From positions 1-50,818 of the forward strand of contig JBDRCN010000031.1 of assembly GCA_043821705.1 (NCBI GenBank): a DNA stretch of 50,818 bases, in the 5' to 3' direction. A model generated the notes under the pieces. It ran no database searches. It was not told the origin of the DNA and saw nothing but the letters and a program-made list of their open reading frames with translations. Below are positions 27,345 to 37,406 of this stretch, one piece after another. Both the position numbers and the translations under genes were made by a program. Source of the stretch: Candidatus Omnitrophota bacterium. Lineage in GTDB: Bacteria > Omnitrophota > Gorgyraeia > Gorgyraeales > Gorgyraeaceae. Position 1 is the first letter of the stretch. Each line of letters opens with the position of its first letter.

Positions 27345-28838
27345 ATGAACATATTATTTAAATCTAAAGATGAGATAAGCGATAGTGAATTAAAGATAGG
27401 CATGAGGTCTGTTGTCATGGACGGGGTAATGAGTCACCTGATGGGTGTCTTGACAGGTGGGGTATTCCTTGTCGCTATTGCATTGAAATTAGGCGCAACA
27501 AATTTTCAGATAGGCCTTTTGGCAGCAATACCACCTTTAATGCAGCTTGTCCAGCTGCCAGCTGTATTTTTAATAGAAAAGCTCCATAGCAGAAAGACAG
27601 TCGCAGTATATTCTGCTCTAATAAGTAGATTTGCTTTTTTGTTAGTGGCATTAAGCCCGCTTTTATTCCCGCCTTCTATAGGGCTATTAATACTGATTTT
27701 TGCGGTTTTATTCCAATCTGGATTTGGGGGAATAGGAGGCTGTGCATGGAATTCTTGGATGAGGGATCTAATACCTGAGAATCAGATGGGGAGTTTTTTT
27801 TCAAATAGACTGCGCATTGCTACTTTTCTGGGTATTTTAGTAAGCCTTTTAGCCAGTATATTGATTGATTTCTGGAAAGTCCATTTCCCTTCATACGAGA
27901 TATACGCTTATTCAGGACTTTTCGGAGCAGGCTTTATATTAGGTATGATAGGGATATTATACCTATCAAAAACACCTGAGGTAAAAATGATACCTCAGAA
28001 GACAGAGTTTATAAAACTTCTTAGCCAACCGTTCAAGGATGTAAATTTCAGGCGCCTCATGCTTTTTTTAGGCTCATGGAGTTTCGCAGTCAATCTCGCA
28101 GCTCCATTTTTTACAGTCTATATGTTAAGCAGGATCGGTCTTAGCATGTCTATGGTAGTCATTTTAAGCATAGTAAGCCAGGCATTTAATTTCATGTTTC
28201 TTTCTCTTTGGGGTAAGTGGTCAGACAAGTTCAGCAATAAATCTGTCCTGGCTGTAAGCGGGCCTCTTTTTATATTCAGTATACTTGGATGGACTTTTAC
28301 CACTATGCCGGAGAAATATTTTTTGACTTTTCCGATCTTGATAGCTATCCACATAGTTATGGGTATAGCTACAGCAGGCGTAGGTATAGCCTCTGGGAAT
28401 ATAGGCCTTAAGCTTGCGCCAAAAGGCCAAGCTACTGCGTATCTAGCAACAAATGCGCTTGTAAATTCATTTGCAGCTGGTATAGCGCCTATACTAGGAG
28501 GAATATTCGCAGATTTTTTTGCAGCGCGAAAACTGTCGCTTGTAATAAATTGGACATCTCCTAGTAGGGAGCTGGCTATACAGGCATTTAGTCTCAGGCA
28601 TTGGGATTTCTTTTTTGGGCTGGCATTTTTAATAGGCTTATACTCACTGCATAGATTGACCATGGTAAAAGAAGAAGGCGAAGTAGATGATGAAGTAGTG
28701 CGCGCTGAGTTCATAGCTGCTATCAAAAGGCCCATAAGAAGCCTTTCTTCTGGAGCAGGGATATTCCAGGTCATATCTTACCCATATTTTTTTATAAAAA
28801 AAGGGATCAAGAGCATGAAAAGGGTAGTTGAAAAATAA
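27345..28838 (+). CDS. MFS transporter
   Basis: About 12 TM helices; W.SWMRDLIP...G.FF..R, WGKWSDKFSNK. Confidence 0.88.
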   Translation: MNILFKSKDEISDSELKIGMRSVVMDGVMSHLMGVLTGGVFLVAIALKLGATNFQIGLLAAIPPLMQLVQLPAVFLIEKLHSRKTVAVYSALISRFAFLLVALSPLLFPPSIGLLILIFAVLFQSGFGGIGGCAWNSWMRDLIPENQMGSFFSNRLRIATFLGILVSLLASILIDFWKVHFPSYEIYAYSGLFGAGFILGMIGILYLSKTPEVKMIPQKTEFIKLLSQPFKDVNFRRLMLFLGSWSFAVNLAAPFFTVYMLSRIGLSMSMVVILSIVSQAFNFMFLSLWGKWSDKFSNKSVLAVSGPLFIFSILGWTFTTMPEKYFLTFPILIAIHIVMGIATAGVGIASGNIGLKLAPKGQATAYLATNALVNSFAAGIAPILGGIFADFFAARKLSLVINWTSPSRELAIQAFSLRHWDFFFGLAFLIGLYSLHRLTMVKEEGEVDDEVVRAEFIAAIKRPIRSLSSGAGIFQVISYPYFFIKKGIKSMKRVVEK

Positions 28839-28858
28839 AGGAGCTTTTTGCAGAAAAA

Positions 28859-30691
28859 ATGAAAAACTACGATTATGCTATAATAGGGAACTGTACTACT
28901 GCCTGCTTGATATCCTCTGACTGCAGTATTGACTGGATGTGTATGCCTTATTTTGATTCTTCCAGCGTATTCGCTAAGATCCTGGATGATAAAAAGGGCG
29001 GATATTTTAAGATATCAGCAGTCGATGTCTTAGAGATCACACAAAGCTATGTCCCGCACACACCTATTTTAAAGACCATATTTAAAACAAAACACGGGAT
29101 ATTCGAAGTAAGGGATTATATGCCTAGGTTCATAGGCAGAAAAGGGTCTTATTACTGCCCTCCAGAGGTCCATAGAGATATTTTAGTGATAGCAGGTAAG
29201 CCCAGAATAATAGTAGATATAAAACCTAAACCTAATTATGCGATCAGTGACAGTAAATTTATATATGAAGAAAATGGCCTCAAGATCATATCTGAAAAAG
29301 GGGAATATAATAGTTTTTATCTTTACAGCAACCTTGATATAGAAAAGATAGGTAAAAGCGAACCTATAGAACTAAAAGGCACCTCATTTCTGCTTCTTTC
29401 TTACCATGAAAAATTAGAAGACATAGATACTGACAAGATATACATTGAATACGAAAAGACAAAGACATATTGGTTGGATTGGGTATATAGGACCAAGCTT
29501 CCAGAGAAAAACAAGGACCTCCTGGTCAGGTCTGCAATAACCTTAAAACTTCTTACTTATCAAAAAACAGGCGCTGTCATAGCTGCTCCTACGGCATCTT
29601 TACCAGAGATAATAGGCAAAGACAGGAATTGGGATTATAGATATTGCTGGATAAGAGATGCTTCTATGGTAATAGATCTTTATGCCAGGATAGGGCATTT
29701 AAAGTCTGCTGAAAGGTATATGAATTTTGTACTGAATAGAATGCTTTTAAAGCACGATAATATCTCTGTCCTTTATGGGATAAATGGAGAGAAGATACTT
29801 ACAGAAAAGGTATTAAGTCATCTGGACGGCTATGAGGGTTCAAAACCTGTTCGCATAGGGAATGATGCATACCAGCAGAAACAGAACGACCTTTATGGCC
29901 AATTGATAGAGGCGATCTATACGTACTTTGTAGTAAACCAGGAAGAAAACATGGATTTTAGCGAAGAGATATGGACAGTGGTCAGGTCATTGGTGAATTC
30001 TGTCATTGCTTCCTGGAAGACCCCTGATAGCGGTATATGGGAGAGAAGGGAAGAACCGAGGCATTATATACACTCAAAGCTCATGAGCTGGGTAGCGATG
30101 GATAGAGGGATAAAGATAGCTTTGTTCATAGGAAAGCATAAATACGCAGAACGATGGGACAAGATAGCTTATGAGATAAAAAATGACATATTGGATAAAG
30201 GATGGAATGAAAAGATAGGCGCATTTACCCTGCATTATGGATCAGATGACCTTGATGCAGCAAATCTATTGATGCTACATTATGGCTTTTTACCCAGGAG
30301 TGACCCGAGGATCATAAGCACTGTAAAAAAGACATATGAAAACCTTGTCAAGGATGGCTTTGCTTTTAGGTACATCCAGAAAGATGTATTTGGCTTACCA
30401 GAAAATGCTTTTATTGTATGTACTTTTTGGATGATAAACGCATTGTACCTGATAGATGAAGAAGAAAAAGCTATGAATATGTTCAATAATATAATAGGAT
30501 TTACAAATAGGTTCGGCCTGTTTTCAGAAGACATCGAGATATCAACAAAGCGTCTTACAGGGAATTTTCCGCAAGGATATTCTCATCTAGCTTTGATACA
30601 GACAGCTTTGCTTCTAGAGACTTCATATAATTGGAGCGATGCTTATAAGTTTTACCCTAGGCTAAAACCCAGAAGAAGCGATACGCCTTGA
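28859..30691 (+). CDS. GH15 glycoside hydrolase (trehalase/glucoamylase-like)
   Basis: YAIIGNC, AAPT.SLPE.IG..RNWDYRYCWIRDA, PDSGIWERR, FSED, GNFPQGYSH. Confidence 0.92.
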   Translation: MKNYDYAIIGNCTTACLISSDCSIDWMCMPYFDSSSVFAKILDDKKGGYFKISAVDVLEITQSYVPHTPILKTIFKTKHGIFEVRDYMPRFIGRKGSYYCPPEVHRDILVIAGKPRIIVDIKPKPNYAISDSKFIYEENGLKIISEKGEYNSFYLYSNLDIEKIGKSEPIELKGTSFLLLSYHEKLEDIDTDKIYIEYEKTKTYWLDWVYRTKLPEKNKDLLVRSAITLKLLTYQKTGAVIAAPTASLPEIIGKDRNWDYRYCWIRDASMVIDLYARIGHLKSAERYMNFVLNRMLLKHDNISVLYGINGEKILTEKVLSHLDGYEGSKPVRIGNDAYQQKQNDLYGQLIEAIYTYFVVNQEENMDFSEEIWTVVRSLVNSVIASWKTPDSGIWERREEPRHYIHSKLMSWVAMDRGIKIALFIGKHKYAERWDKIAYEIKNDILDKGWNEKIGAFTLHYGSDDLDAANLLMLHYGFLPRSDPRIISTVKKTYENLVKDGFAFRYIQKDVFGLPENAFIVCTFWMINALYLIDEEEKAMNMFNNIIGFTNRFGLFSEDIEISTKRLTGNFPQGYSHLALIQTALLLETSYNWSDAYKFYPRLKPRRSDTP

Positions 30692-30716
30692 CATAGCCAT
30701 AATAAAAGAGTAATAT
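30688..30716 (+). promoter_or_regulatory. Sigma70 promoter overlapping the GH15 stop
   Basis: TTGACA-17 bp-TAATAT. Confidence 0.6.
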
Positions 30717-30738
30717 AAATATAAGTAGTGATAATCAT

Positions 30739-30774
30739 AGCTCCTGCTTAAAATAGAGTAGGAGCTTTACTTTT
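30739..30774 (+). terminator. Hairpin terminator between GH15 and the antiporter
   Basis: AGCTCCTGCT-TAAAATAG-AGTAGGAGCT then TTACTTTT. Confidence 0.65.
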
Positions 30775-30798
30775 ATAGATTATTTATAGGTATTGAGA

Positions 30799-32475
30799 AT
30801 GGGCAATATTTTAAACAGCATATCAATAATTCATCTGAACATAATGTTCCTTTTAGGATTAGCGCTTTTTGGAGGCACTATAGGGGGAAGATTATTCCAG
30901 AAGATACATATCCCTCAAGTAGTAGGTTATATCGCAATAGGGATCCTTATAGGAGAATCAGGGTTTAAGATCGTGGATCATGATACGATAATGTCGCTAC
31001 AGCCCTTTAATTATTTTGCATTGGGATTGATAGGCTTCATGATAGGGGGAGAGCTGAAGAAAGAAGTGTTTGCTAAATATGGCAAGCAATTTATCAATAT
31101 ACTTCTTTTTGAGGGCATAACAGCTTTTTTAGTTGTTTCTATTCTGGTAGGGGTGACCGGGACTTTTCTTTTTGGAGATTGGAAACTTGCTTGGGCGCTT
31201 GGGCTTCTTTTAGGTGCTATTGCTTCAGCTACTGCTCCTGCAGCTACCAGTGAGGTGTTGAGAGAATATAAGACCAGGGGCCCTCTAACCAGGACTGTTC
31301 TTGGTATCGTTGCGCTGGATGATGGCCTGGCGCTTATTTTATTTGCAATTGCTGCGAGTATAGCTGGAAGTTTGAGTGGTAAGGTCAATGAGAGCATATT
31401 AAGGACCTTTATACATCCTATGTATGAGATAGGCATGTCAGTGGTTATAGGTATTATAGGGGGGAAAATCCTCAGCGAATTGCTGAAAAAATATTCTGAA
31501 GAAGCAAGGATACTAGCATTTTCTATAGGTATAGTGCTTCTTGTATCAGGCCTTGCAATAGCTATACATGTCGATATGCTATTAGCGACAATGACCTTAG
31601 GAGTTATTGTTGTAAATTTTACTCCTCGCAAGAGTAAGGATGTGTTTAAGCTAGTAGCGAGTTTTACTCCTCCTATATATGTCTTGTTTTTTGTCTTAGT
31701 AGGAGCTAAGTTAAACATAAAATATCTAACGCTTCCTATAGTAATACTATGTTGCGTGTACCTTATTGGAAGGAGCAGTGGAAAAGCAATAGGAGCTAGT
31801 ATAGGCGCTCGTATCTCTAATGCTCCTAAGGTAGTCAGAAAATATCTTCCGCTATGCCTATTAAGTCAAGCAGGTGTGGCAATAGGCCTTTCTATATTAG
31901 CCAGCCATTATTTCCCAGGAGATATCGGCAATGCCATAGTAGTGATCATAACTGCGACTGCATTTATACTGGAACTTGTTGGGCCTACACTGGTCAAGAT
32001 AGCAGTGACCAAGGCAGGGGAAGTAGGCCTGAATATTACTGAAGAGGATATCATAGAAAAGACCTTTGCAGAAGATGTGATGGATAAGAACCCTCCAATA
32101 GTGTATGCAAATATGCAATTAAAAGACATCCTTAGAATATTTAGCGATAATGATAGCCTCTATTACCCTGTCATAGATAAAAATAAAACACTTCTAGGCA
32201 TCATAACAGTCGAAGGCATAAAACAGACGTTCTTGGACCTGGATATGAGTGATCTTGTGGTAGCCCACGATCTTATGGAGCCAGTAATGGCTAAACTTCC
32301 CGCAAGAGCACATATCTCAGAGGTTAACAATGCATTAAATAGGTATAATATAGAATATATGCCTGTTATTAATGGTGGAGACAGGTTAGAGGGTTTTATA
32401 GAAAGAAAAAAGCTAAATAAGTATATCTCTACCAAGATGTTAGAACTTCAAAAACAAGCTGATTCCTTGGAATAG
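30799..32475 (+). CDS. Cation:proton antiporter with C-terminal CBS pair
   Basis: IPQVVGYI, ATAPAAT, GPLT..VLGIVALDD, FFVLVGA, QAGVAIGL; CBS motifs AEDVM...YPVID...LGIIT. Confidence 0.92.
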   Translation: MGNILNSISIIHLNIMFLLGLALFGGTIGGRLFQKIHIPQVVGYIAIGILIGESGFKIVDHDTIMSLQPFNYFALGLIGFMIGGELKKEVFAKYGKQFINILLFEGITAFLVVSILVGVTGTFLFGDWKLAWALGLLLGAIASATAPAATSEVLREYKTRGPLTRTVLGIVALDDGLALILFAIAASIAGSLSGKVNESILRTFIHPMYEIGMSVVIGIIGGKILSELLKKYSEEARILAFSIGIVLLVSGLAIAIHVDMLLATMTLGVIVVNFTPRKSKDVFKLVASFTPPIYVLFFVLVGAKLNIKYLTLPIVILCCVYLIGRSSGKAIGASIGARISNAPKVVRKYLPLCLLSQAGVAIGLSILASHYFPGDIGNAIVVIITATAFILELVGPTLVKIAVTKAGEVGLNITEEDIIEKTFAEDVMDKNPPIVYANMQLKDILRIFSDNDSLYYPVIDKNKTLLGIITVEGIKQTFLDLDMSDLVVAHDLMEPVMAKLPARAHISEVNNALNRYNIEYMPVINGGDRLEGFIERKKLNKYISTKMLELQKQADSLE

Positions 32476-32506
32476 ACCTTTATTAACTGACGTAGTTTAG
32501 AGAATT

Positions 32507-34087
32507 ATGAGCATACTAAATACATCTAAAAAAAGATACAGGATGAGGATAATAATTCCTGCATTCCCAGCATTTAATATCTATTCTTATATTGCTAGCA
32601 AGACTACTGCTTTGGGGCCCATATGTGTAGCTAGCACTGTAAATAAGATGGAGGCATGGGATGTAGAAGTGATCGATGAGAATAATCTGCGTAGATATGG
32701 CCCTAAGAGTGATTCAGGCGGGGCTGATCATGAATTCTTGCAAAATATCAGGCCTGCTGATATCGTAGGATTTTATGGAGGATTGACCAGCACCATACCT
32801 AGACTATATAAGCTAGCTAGCTATTATAAAAATAAAGGTGCTATTACTGTAGCAGGTGGGCAGCATTTTATCACAAGCAATATAGAAGAGGCATTGAGGT
32901 CTGGTATAGATTATATAGTGATCGGTGAGGGTGAAGAGACAATAAGAGAACTTTTATTGGCCTTTGAAGGCAAGATGAAACTGCAAGATGTAAAAGGCAT
33001 TGCTTATAGGGATGGAGAAAAGGCCGCTTTTACTCCCAAGAGAGATCCTATTACTGATTTTGATAAACTACCCCTCCCTGATTTTTCATTACTACGTTAT
33101 TCCAATATAAAACTTTATCCTGTCGAGAGGATACGTGGATGTGGCATGGACTGTGAGTTCTGCACTGTAAAAGGCAAACCCAGGTTCTCATCTCCTGAGA
33201 GGATGTTAGAAAGAATAAGTTTTCTTTTGGAGACAAAGGATGCAAGGCATTTCTTTATTGTCGATGATCTGTTCGGACAGCAGCGTGATGAGACCATAAG
33301 ATTTTGCCATATGTTGAGAGATTATCAAAAGAATATCAGGAAGAGGCTTGACCTGGGTGTACAGATAAGACTGGATAAGGCGAATGATACTGAGCTTCTC
33401 ACTGCAATGCGCCAGGCAAGTATAAATACAGTTGCCATAGGATTTGAATCACCCATTGAAGAAGAGTTAAAGGCTATGAGCAAGAGATTAAAGCCAGAGG
33501 ACATGATATCTTTTGCAAGAAAATTCCATGAATTCGGTTTTTTAGTACACGGGATGTTTATCTTTGGTTATCCCATGAAAGAAGGTATGGATTTTAAGAT
33601 GACTGGGGAGGAGAGAGTAAAGCGCATAAAAAGATTTGTAAAACAGGCAAAGCTCGATACTATCCAGATCTTATTGCCAGGCCCGCTTCCAGGCACTGAA
33701 TTAAGAGAGAGGCTTGAAAAGCAAAACAGGGTCTATCCAGTTAAAGATGTAGGCTGGGAGTATTATGATGGCAATTTCCCTCTCTTTGAGCCAGACAAAC
33801 CAATGACAGCTGAGGATATGCAGTTATCTATCCAAAAGATCATGGGTAAATTCTACCAGTTCAAGTATATGTTTATGATAGGGCTGAATATATGCTCTTT
33901 TCCTGCTATGATCTTCTTTTTACATAATATCAAGGCAGGATGGGAGAGATGGTATAGATCTTGGCGAAATTATCTTGTCCGTTTTGGGGGATGGCTGACT
34001 ATCAGAGGATGGTCAAGAGAGTTTAAAAAAGACAAGTTCCTGGAAAAGTTAAAAAATGCAAAAGAGACCTTAAAAAGTAATTCATGA
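32507..34087 (+). CDS. B12-binding domain radical SAM protein
   Basis: VAGGQH, DYIVIGEGE, RGCGMDCEFC, IGFES, HGMFIFG, PLPGT. Confidence 0.9.
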   Translation: MSILNTSKKRYRMRIIIPAFPAFNIYSYIASKTTALGPICVASTVNKMEAWDVEVIDENNLRRYGPKSDSGGADHEFLQNIRPADIVGFYGGLTSTIPRLYKLASYYKNKGAITVAGGQHFITSNIEEALRSGIDYIVIGEGEETIRELLLAFEGKMKLQDVKGIAYRDGEKAAFTPKRDPITDFDKLPLPDFSLLRYSNIKLYPVERIRGCGMDCEFCTVKGKPRFSSPERMLERISFLLETKDARHFFIVDDLFGQQRDETIRFCHMLRDYQKNIRKRLDLGVQIRLDKANDTELLTAMRQASINTVAIGFESPIEEELKAMSKRLKPEDMISFARKFHEFGFLVHGMFIFGYPMKEGMDFKMTGEERVKRIKRFVKQAKLDTIQILLPGPLPGTELRERLEKQNRVYPVKDVGWEYYDGNFPLFEPDKPMTAEDMQLSIQKIMGKFYQFKYMFMIGLNICSFPAMIFFLHNIKAGWERWYRSWRNYLVRFGGWLTIRGWSREFKKDKFLEKLKNAKETLKSNS

Positions 34088-34093
34088 TTTAGG

Positions 34094-34122
34094 TTGACAA
34101 GCGAAACTCATTGGTATATAAT
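34094..34122 (+). promoter_or_regulatory. Consensus sigma70 promoter of the second csp
   Basis: TTGACA-17 bp-TATAAT. Confidence 0.85.
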
Positions 34123-34244
34123 AAATTACAAGAAGTAAATAAGCGATAGATGTTTTTAACCGTAAGGCAGAAAATATTCGCCGGGCGGTTTTTTTATTTT
34201 TCCATTATTTACTATACGTTAAGAAGGGAAGGAGGTAGTAAGTA

Positions 34245-34445
34245 ATGGCAAAAGGAACAGTAAAATGGTTCAATGACCAAAAAGGTTATGGATTTATTAC
34301 TCCTGAAGAAGGATCTGATGTATTCGTACATCATTCTGTTATTCAGGGAGATGGCTTTAAGTCTTTATCAGAAGGACAAGCAGTCGAGCTTGACATAGAA
34401 AAAGGCCCAAAAGGCAGACAAGCTCAGAACGTAGTAAAGTTATAA
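34245..34445 (+). CDS. cspA: Cold-shock protein (second copy)
   Basis: 66 aa, near-identical to 121-321. Confidence 0.97.
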   Translation: MAKGTVKWFNDQKGYGFITPEEGSDVFVHHSVIQGDGFKSLSEGQAVELDIEKGPKGRQAQNVVKL

Positions 34446-34457
34446 TTCGGAAACTAG

Positions 34458-34493
34458 TAAGGCCTGCGATAAAATGTAGGCCTTATTTTTTTT
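34458..34493 (+). terminator. Rho-independent terminator after the second csp
   Basis: TAAGGCCTGC...GTAGGCCTTA followed by a T run. Confidence 0.85.
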
Positions 34494-34607
34494 ATCTCAT
34501 ACCAACCAAACGATCGATCTTGATTTCTCTCTTTACTTACTCATCATTAAATACTAAAATAATATCATCACGGCTTCCATGGATTTTCTTAAAAACAAGG
34601 AGATAAA

Positions 34608-34907
34608 ATGAAAAAGTGTCTATTTTGTGCAGAAGAGATACAAGATGATGCGATCAAATGTAGATATTGCGGGGAGTTTTTAGATAAAGATCAGAAAACA
34701 AAATGGTATTTCAAGCCCTATTTTTTGGTAGTTGCTTTTTTATGCGTAGGCCCACTTATGTTACCGTTGGTTTGGCTCAATCCTGATCTCGACAAAAAGA
34801 AAAAGATAATCATATCTCTCGTTATCATTATAGTAAGTTATATTATAGGGATTTTAGTCGGAAATTCTATAAAGACATTAAATACATATTACAAACAAAT
34901 ATTTTAG
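34608..34907 (+). CDS. Zinc-ribbon membrane protein
   Basis: [22 protein letters not shown] followed by two TM helices. Confidence 0.85.
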   Translation: MKKCLFCAEEIQDDAIKCRYCGEFLDKDQKTKWYFKPYFLVVAFLCVGPLMLPLVWLNPDLDKKKKIIISLVIIIVSYIIGILVGNSIKTLNTYYKQIF

Positions 34908-34922
34908 GAAAGGGAGGGACAA

Positions 34923-35171
34923 ATGGAAGAAAATCAGATAGGGGTAGTGGATCATTTTTTTGGGAATATCAGTGTTAGCATGATCAAGCTGACAGATGAA
35001 TTGAAAGTGGGTGACAAGATACGCATAAAGGGTAATACAACTGACCTTGTGCAGGATGTAAGCTCTATGCAGATCGACCGTGTTTCTGCTCAGGAAGCAA
35101 AAGCAGGCGATCTTATCAGCATAAAAGTCGACCAAAAAGTCCGCAAAGACGACGCTGTCTATAAGGTCTGA
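34923..35171 (+). CDS. Small translation-elongation-factor-like beta-barrel protein
   Basis: IG.VDHFF..ISV..I.L...LKVGD.I.IKG.TTD..Q.V.SMQI...A.AGD.I.IKV...VR..D.VYK. Confidence 0.8.
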   Translation: MEENQIGVVDHFFGNISVSMIKLTDELKVGDKIRIKGNTTDLVQDVSSMQIDRVSAQEAKAGDLISIKVDQKVRKDDAVYKV

Positions 35172-35243
35172 TTTTTTAGAGAAAAAGGGGTCTAAGGGTA
35201 TAATGACAAAGATCAAATTAGACATGCATGATATTTTTAATAG

Positions 35244-36515
35244 ATGAAAATAAAAATAGATAAGATAATCTACCCTGGGAAAAGCCTGTCAAAGACAGAA
35301 GGAAAGGTTGTTTTTACCGATGAGGGGTTGCCTGGAGAATATATTGAAGCTGAGTTAGTAAAGAATAAAAAAAACTATCTAGAGGCAAAGGTTTCCGCTA
35401 TTCTAGACCCATCTAAACATAGGGTCAGAAATAGATGTAAACATTACAGGATCTGCTCCCCATATCAATACATTCAATACGACGAACAGCTTAGGATAAA
35501 AAAATCTCAATTAGAAGAGATATTTCTACACGATCTCAAGATAAAGACTCCTTCTATAGCCTTTAGAAGGAGTCCAAAAGAATGGGGATATAGGAACAAG
35601 ATACATTTGAGATTGATCTGGGATGGCAGGTCCCCTGGTTTTGCCTACATATCGCTTGATAGAGAAAAGACACTTCATAAGATAGATGGATGTTCCCTTG
35701 CTTCGGAAGAAGTGAATGACCTGATGGATATATTATTAGAGGTCATAAAGGTCAATAGGCTAGACTTTATAGAGGAAGTGATCATAAGAGAAAATCATAA
35801 AAAAGAGATACTGCTTATCTTCCTGGGCTCAAAAGAAGAAGAAAAAGAAAGGTTACTATTGAGCTTTGAAGAAAAAAGCGCTCCTCCGCACATAAAAGGC
35901 TTGATCTACGTAATAAAAGGGTCAGAACATGTTATAAATCTATGGGGCCAGGACTTTCTGACAGAAGAGATAAAAGGCAGGTCGTTTGAAGTAGGGGCAT
36001 TATCTTTTTTCCAGGTGAATGCCGAAGCATTAAAATGCCTTATAGACGACATGTATTCATCCCTGGCTTTTACAGGGGATGAGAAGATGGTAGATCTATA
36101 CTGTGGGGTAGGGACATTTGGTATTTTATTTTCAGATAAAGTGAAAGAAGTGTCAGGCGTGGAGTCTTCAAAAGCTAATATTGTCTTTTTAAAGGAGAAC
36201 CTGCTTTTAAATAACATCGAGAACTTCGATGTAAATAAAAACACTTGTGAAAAAGCTATTAAGGAGATATTGAAGAAAAAGCCTGATATTATTATAGTGG
36301 ACCCTCCCAGAAAAGGCCTTGATAACTCGCTTATAGACGCTCTACTTAGAGAACCTGTGTCAAAAATAGCTTATATCTCGTGTAACCCATCCACGCTTTC
36401 AAGGGATCTAAAGAAGCTCTTATTAAAATATAAAATAAGCAAGATATTCGGGTATGATTTTTTCCCGCACACTCCTCACATCGAAACATTTACCCTCCTT
36501 GAAACACCTCAGTAG
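35244..36515 (+). CDS. rlmD: RlmD/TrmA family RNA m5U methyltransferase
   Basis: TRAM-like N-terminus, YRNK, SFFQVN, DLYCGVGTF, DPPRKG, YISCNPSTLSRD, DFFPHTPHIE. Confidence 0.9.
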   Translation: MKIKIDKIIYPGKSLSKTEGKVVFTDEGLPGEYIEAELVKNKKNYLEAKVSAILDPSKHRVRNRCKHYRICSPYQYIQYDEQLRIKKSQLEEIFLHDLKIKTPSIAFRRSPKEWGYRNKIHLRLIWDGRSPGFAYISLDREKTLHKIDGCSLASEEVNDLMDILLEVIKVNRLDFIEEVIIRENHKKEILLIFLGSKEEEKERLLLSFEEKSAPPHIKGLIYVIKGSEHVINLWGQDFLTEEIKGRSFEVGALSFFQVNAEALKCLIDDMYSSLAFTGDEKMVDLYCGVGTFGILFSDKVKEVSGVESSKANIVFLKENLLLNNIENFDVNKNTCEKAIKEILKKKPDIIIVDPPRKGLDNSLIDALLREPVSKIAYISCNPSTLSRDLKKLLLKYKISKIFGYDFFPHTPHIETFTLLETPQ

Positions 36516-36621
36516 ACTCATTTGGGTACACCCTACCTCACGAAAATCTGATATTTTTAGGCCTTGGCAAATAGGAAAATTCTTGTTTTAGTTCGCTTAC
36601 CCCTGTGTTATACTATCAATA

Positions 36622-36963
36622 ATGAAAATCGTTACAGAAATTTTAACTCTGAATGAACTTAAGCAGATGGCCGAAGCAACATTTGGCAATATGATAAAGG
36701 CTGTTGTAGACGTTAAAAGAGAGCTCGTCGCTATTGATGCTGAACTTCATTCCGATCTAGAAGCACTACTCTTAGACAATGGGTCAAAACAGATTGATTT
36801 ATGGGGGATAAATTTCTATCCGGAGTTCTCAGGAGATGATTTTATTGAATTTGATTCCATGATCAACATGAGGCCTTCCCAAGGAAATAGAACCAGAGGT
36901 GTTAATGATGAAGTAATACGCAGGAAAATCATTGATATTGTTGCAAAGAGGATCAAACGATGA
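36622..36963 (+). CDS. DUF5674-like protein
   Basis: IKAVVDV, LHSDLE..LL..GS.Q.DLWGIN, IEFDSMINMRP.QGN. Confidence 0.8.
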   Translation: MKIVTEILTLNELKQMAEATFGNMIKAVVDVKRELVAIDAELHSDLEALLLDNGSKQIDLWGINFYPEFSGDDFIEFDSMINMRPSQGNRTRGVNDEVIRRKIIDIVAKRIKR

Positions 36964-37292
36964 GCGCGCAACATAAAGATCTTGCAGGGGGACGATGGAG
37001 TCAATTGTCATTTCTTGAAAAAATGGCAAATATTGGCAGTGAAGTAGATCGCGCCCTTAACTGGAAGGCAAAAAACAATCTTGTCTATAGCGAGAAGGCT
37101 TTTGAACGTATTCTAGAGCTTTTAGATCTAACCTTAGATAGTGTAAAAAGCTTACCCCGCCTTAAGGAATTAGCTCGCGTACGAGAAGCAATTGTTGATT
37201 ATTTTGCTGGAGAAAATCAGTTCAAGTCTACAGAGGCATTATGGAAAGGGTATTTTTTGCCCTTTACTTATGCTGCTCGAAGAAACTATTAA
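36960..37292 (+). CDS. Helical hypothetical protein coupled to the DUF5674-like gene
   Basis: ATGA overlap; W.QLS..E.MANIGSEV.RA...ELARVRE. Confidence 0.78.
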   Translation: MSAQHKDLAGGRWSQLSFLEKMANIGSEVDRALNWKAKNNLVYSEKAFERILELLDLTLDSVKSLPRLKELARVREAIVDYFAGENQFKSTEALWKGYFLPFTYAARRNY

Positions 37293-37406
37293 TCTCACTT
37301 CTAATAGATTTAGGGGTTTGATGGAGCAGGCTTGTTACCTACCTAGTTTAATTATTTTTTATGATATCTATGGCACAATAGCCAAATATATAATATAATA
37401 GAAAAT

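Noticed and set aside
37192-37398. 68-aa ORF as a remnant of the missing efflux adaptor
   Set aside because: It overlaps the preceding gene out of frame and has no adaptor-like features.
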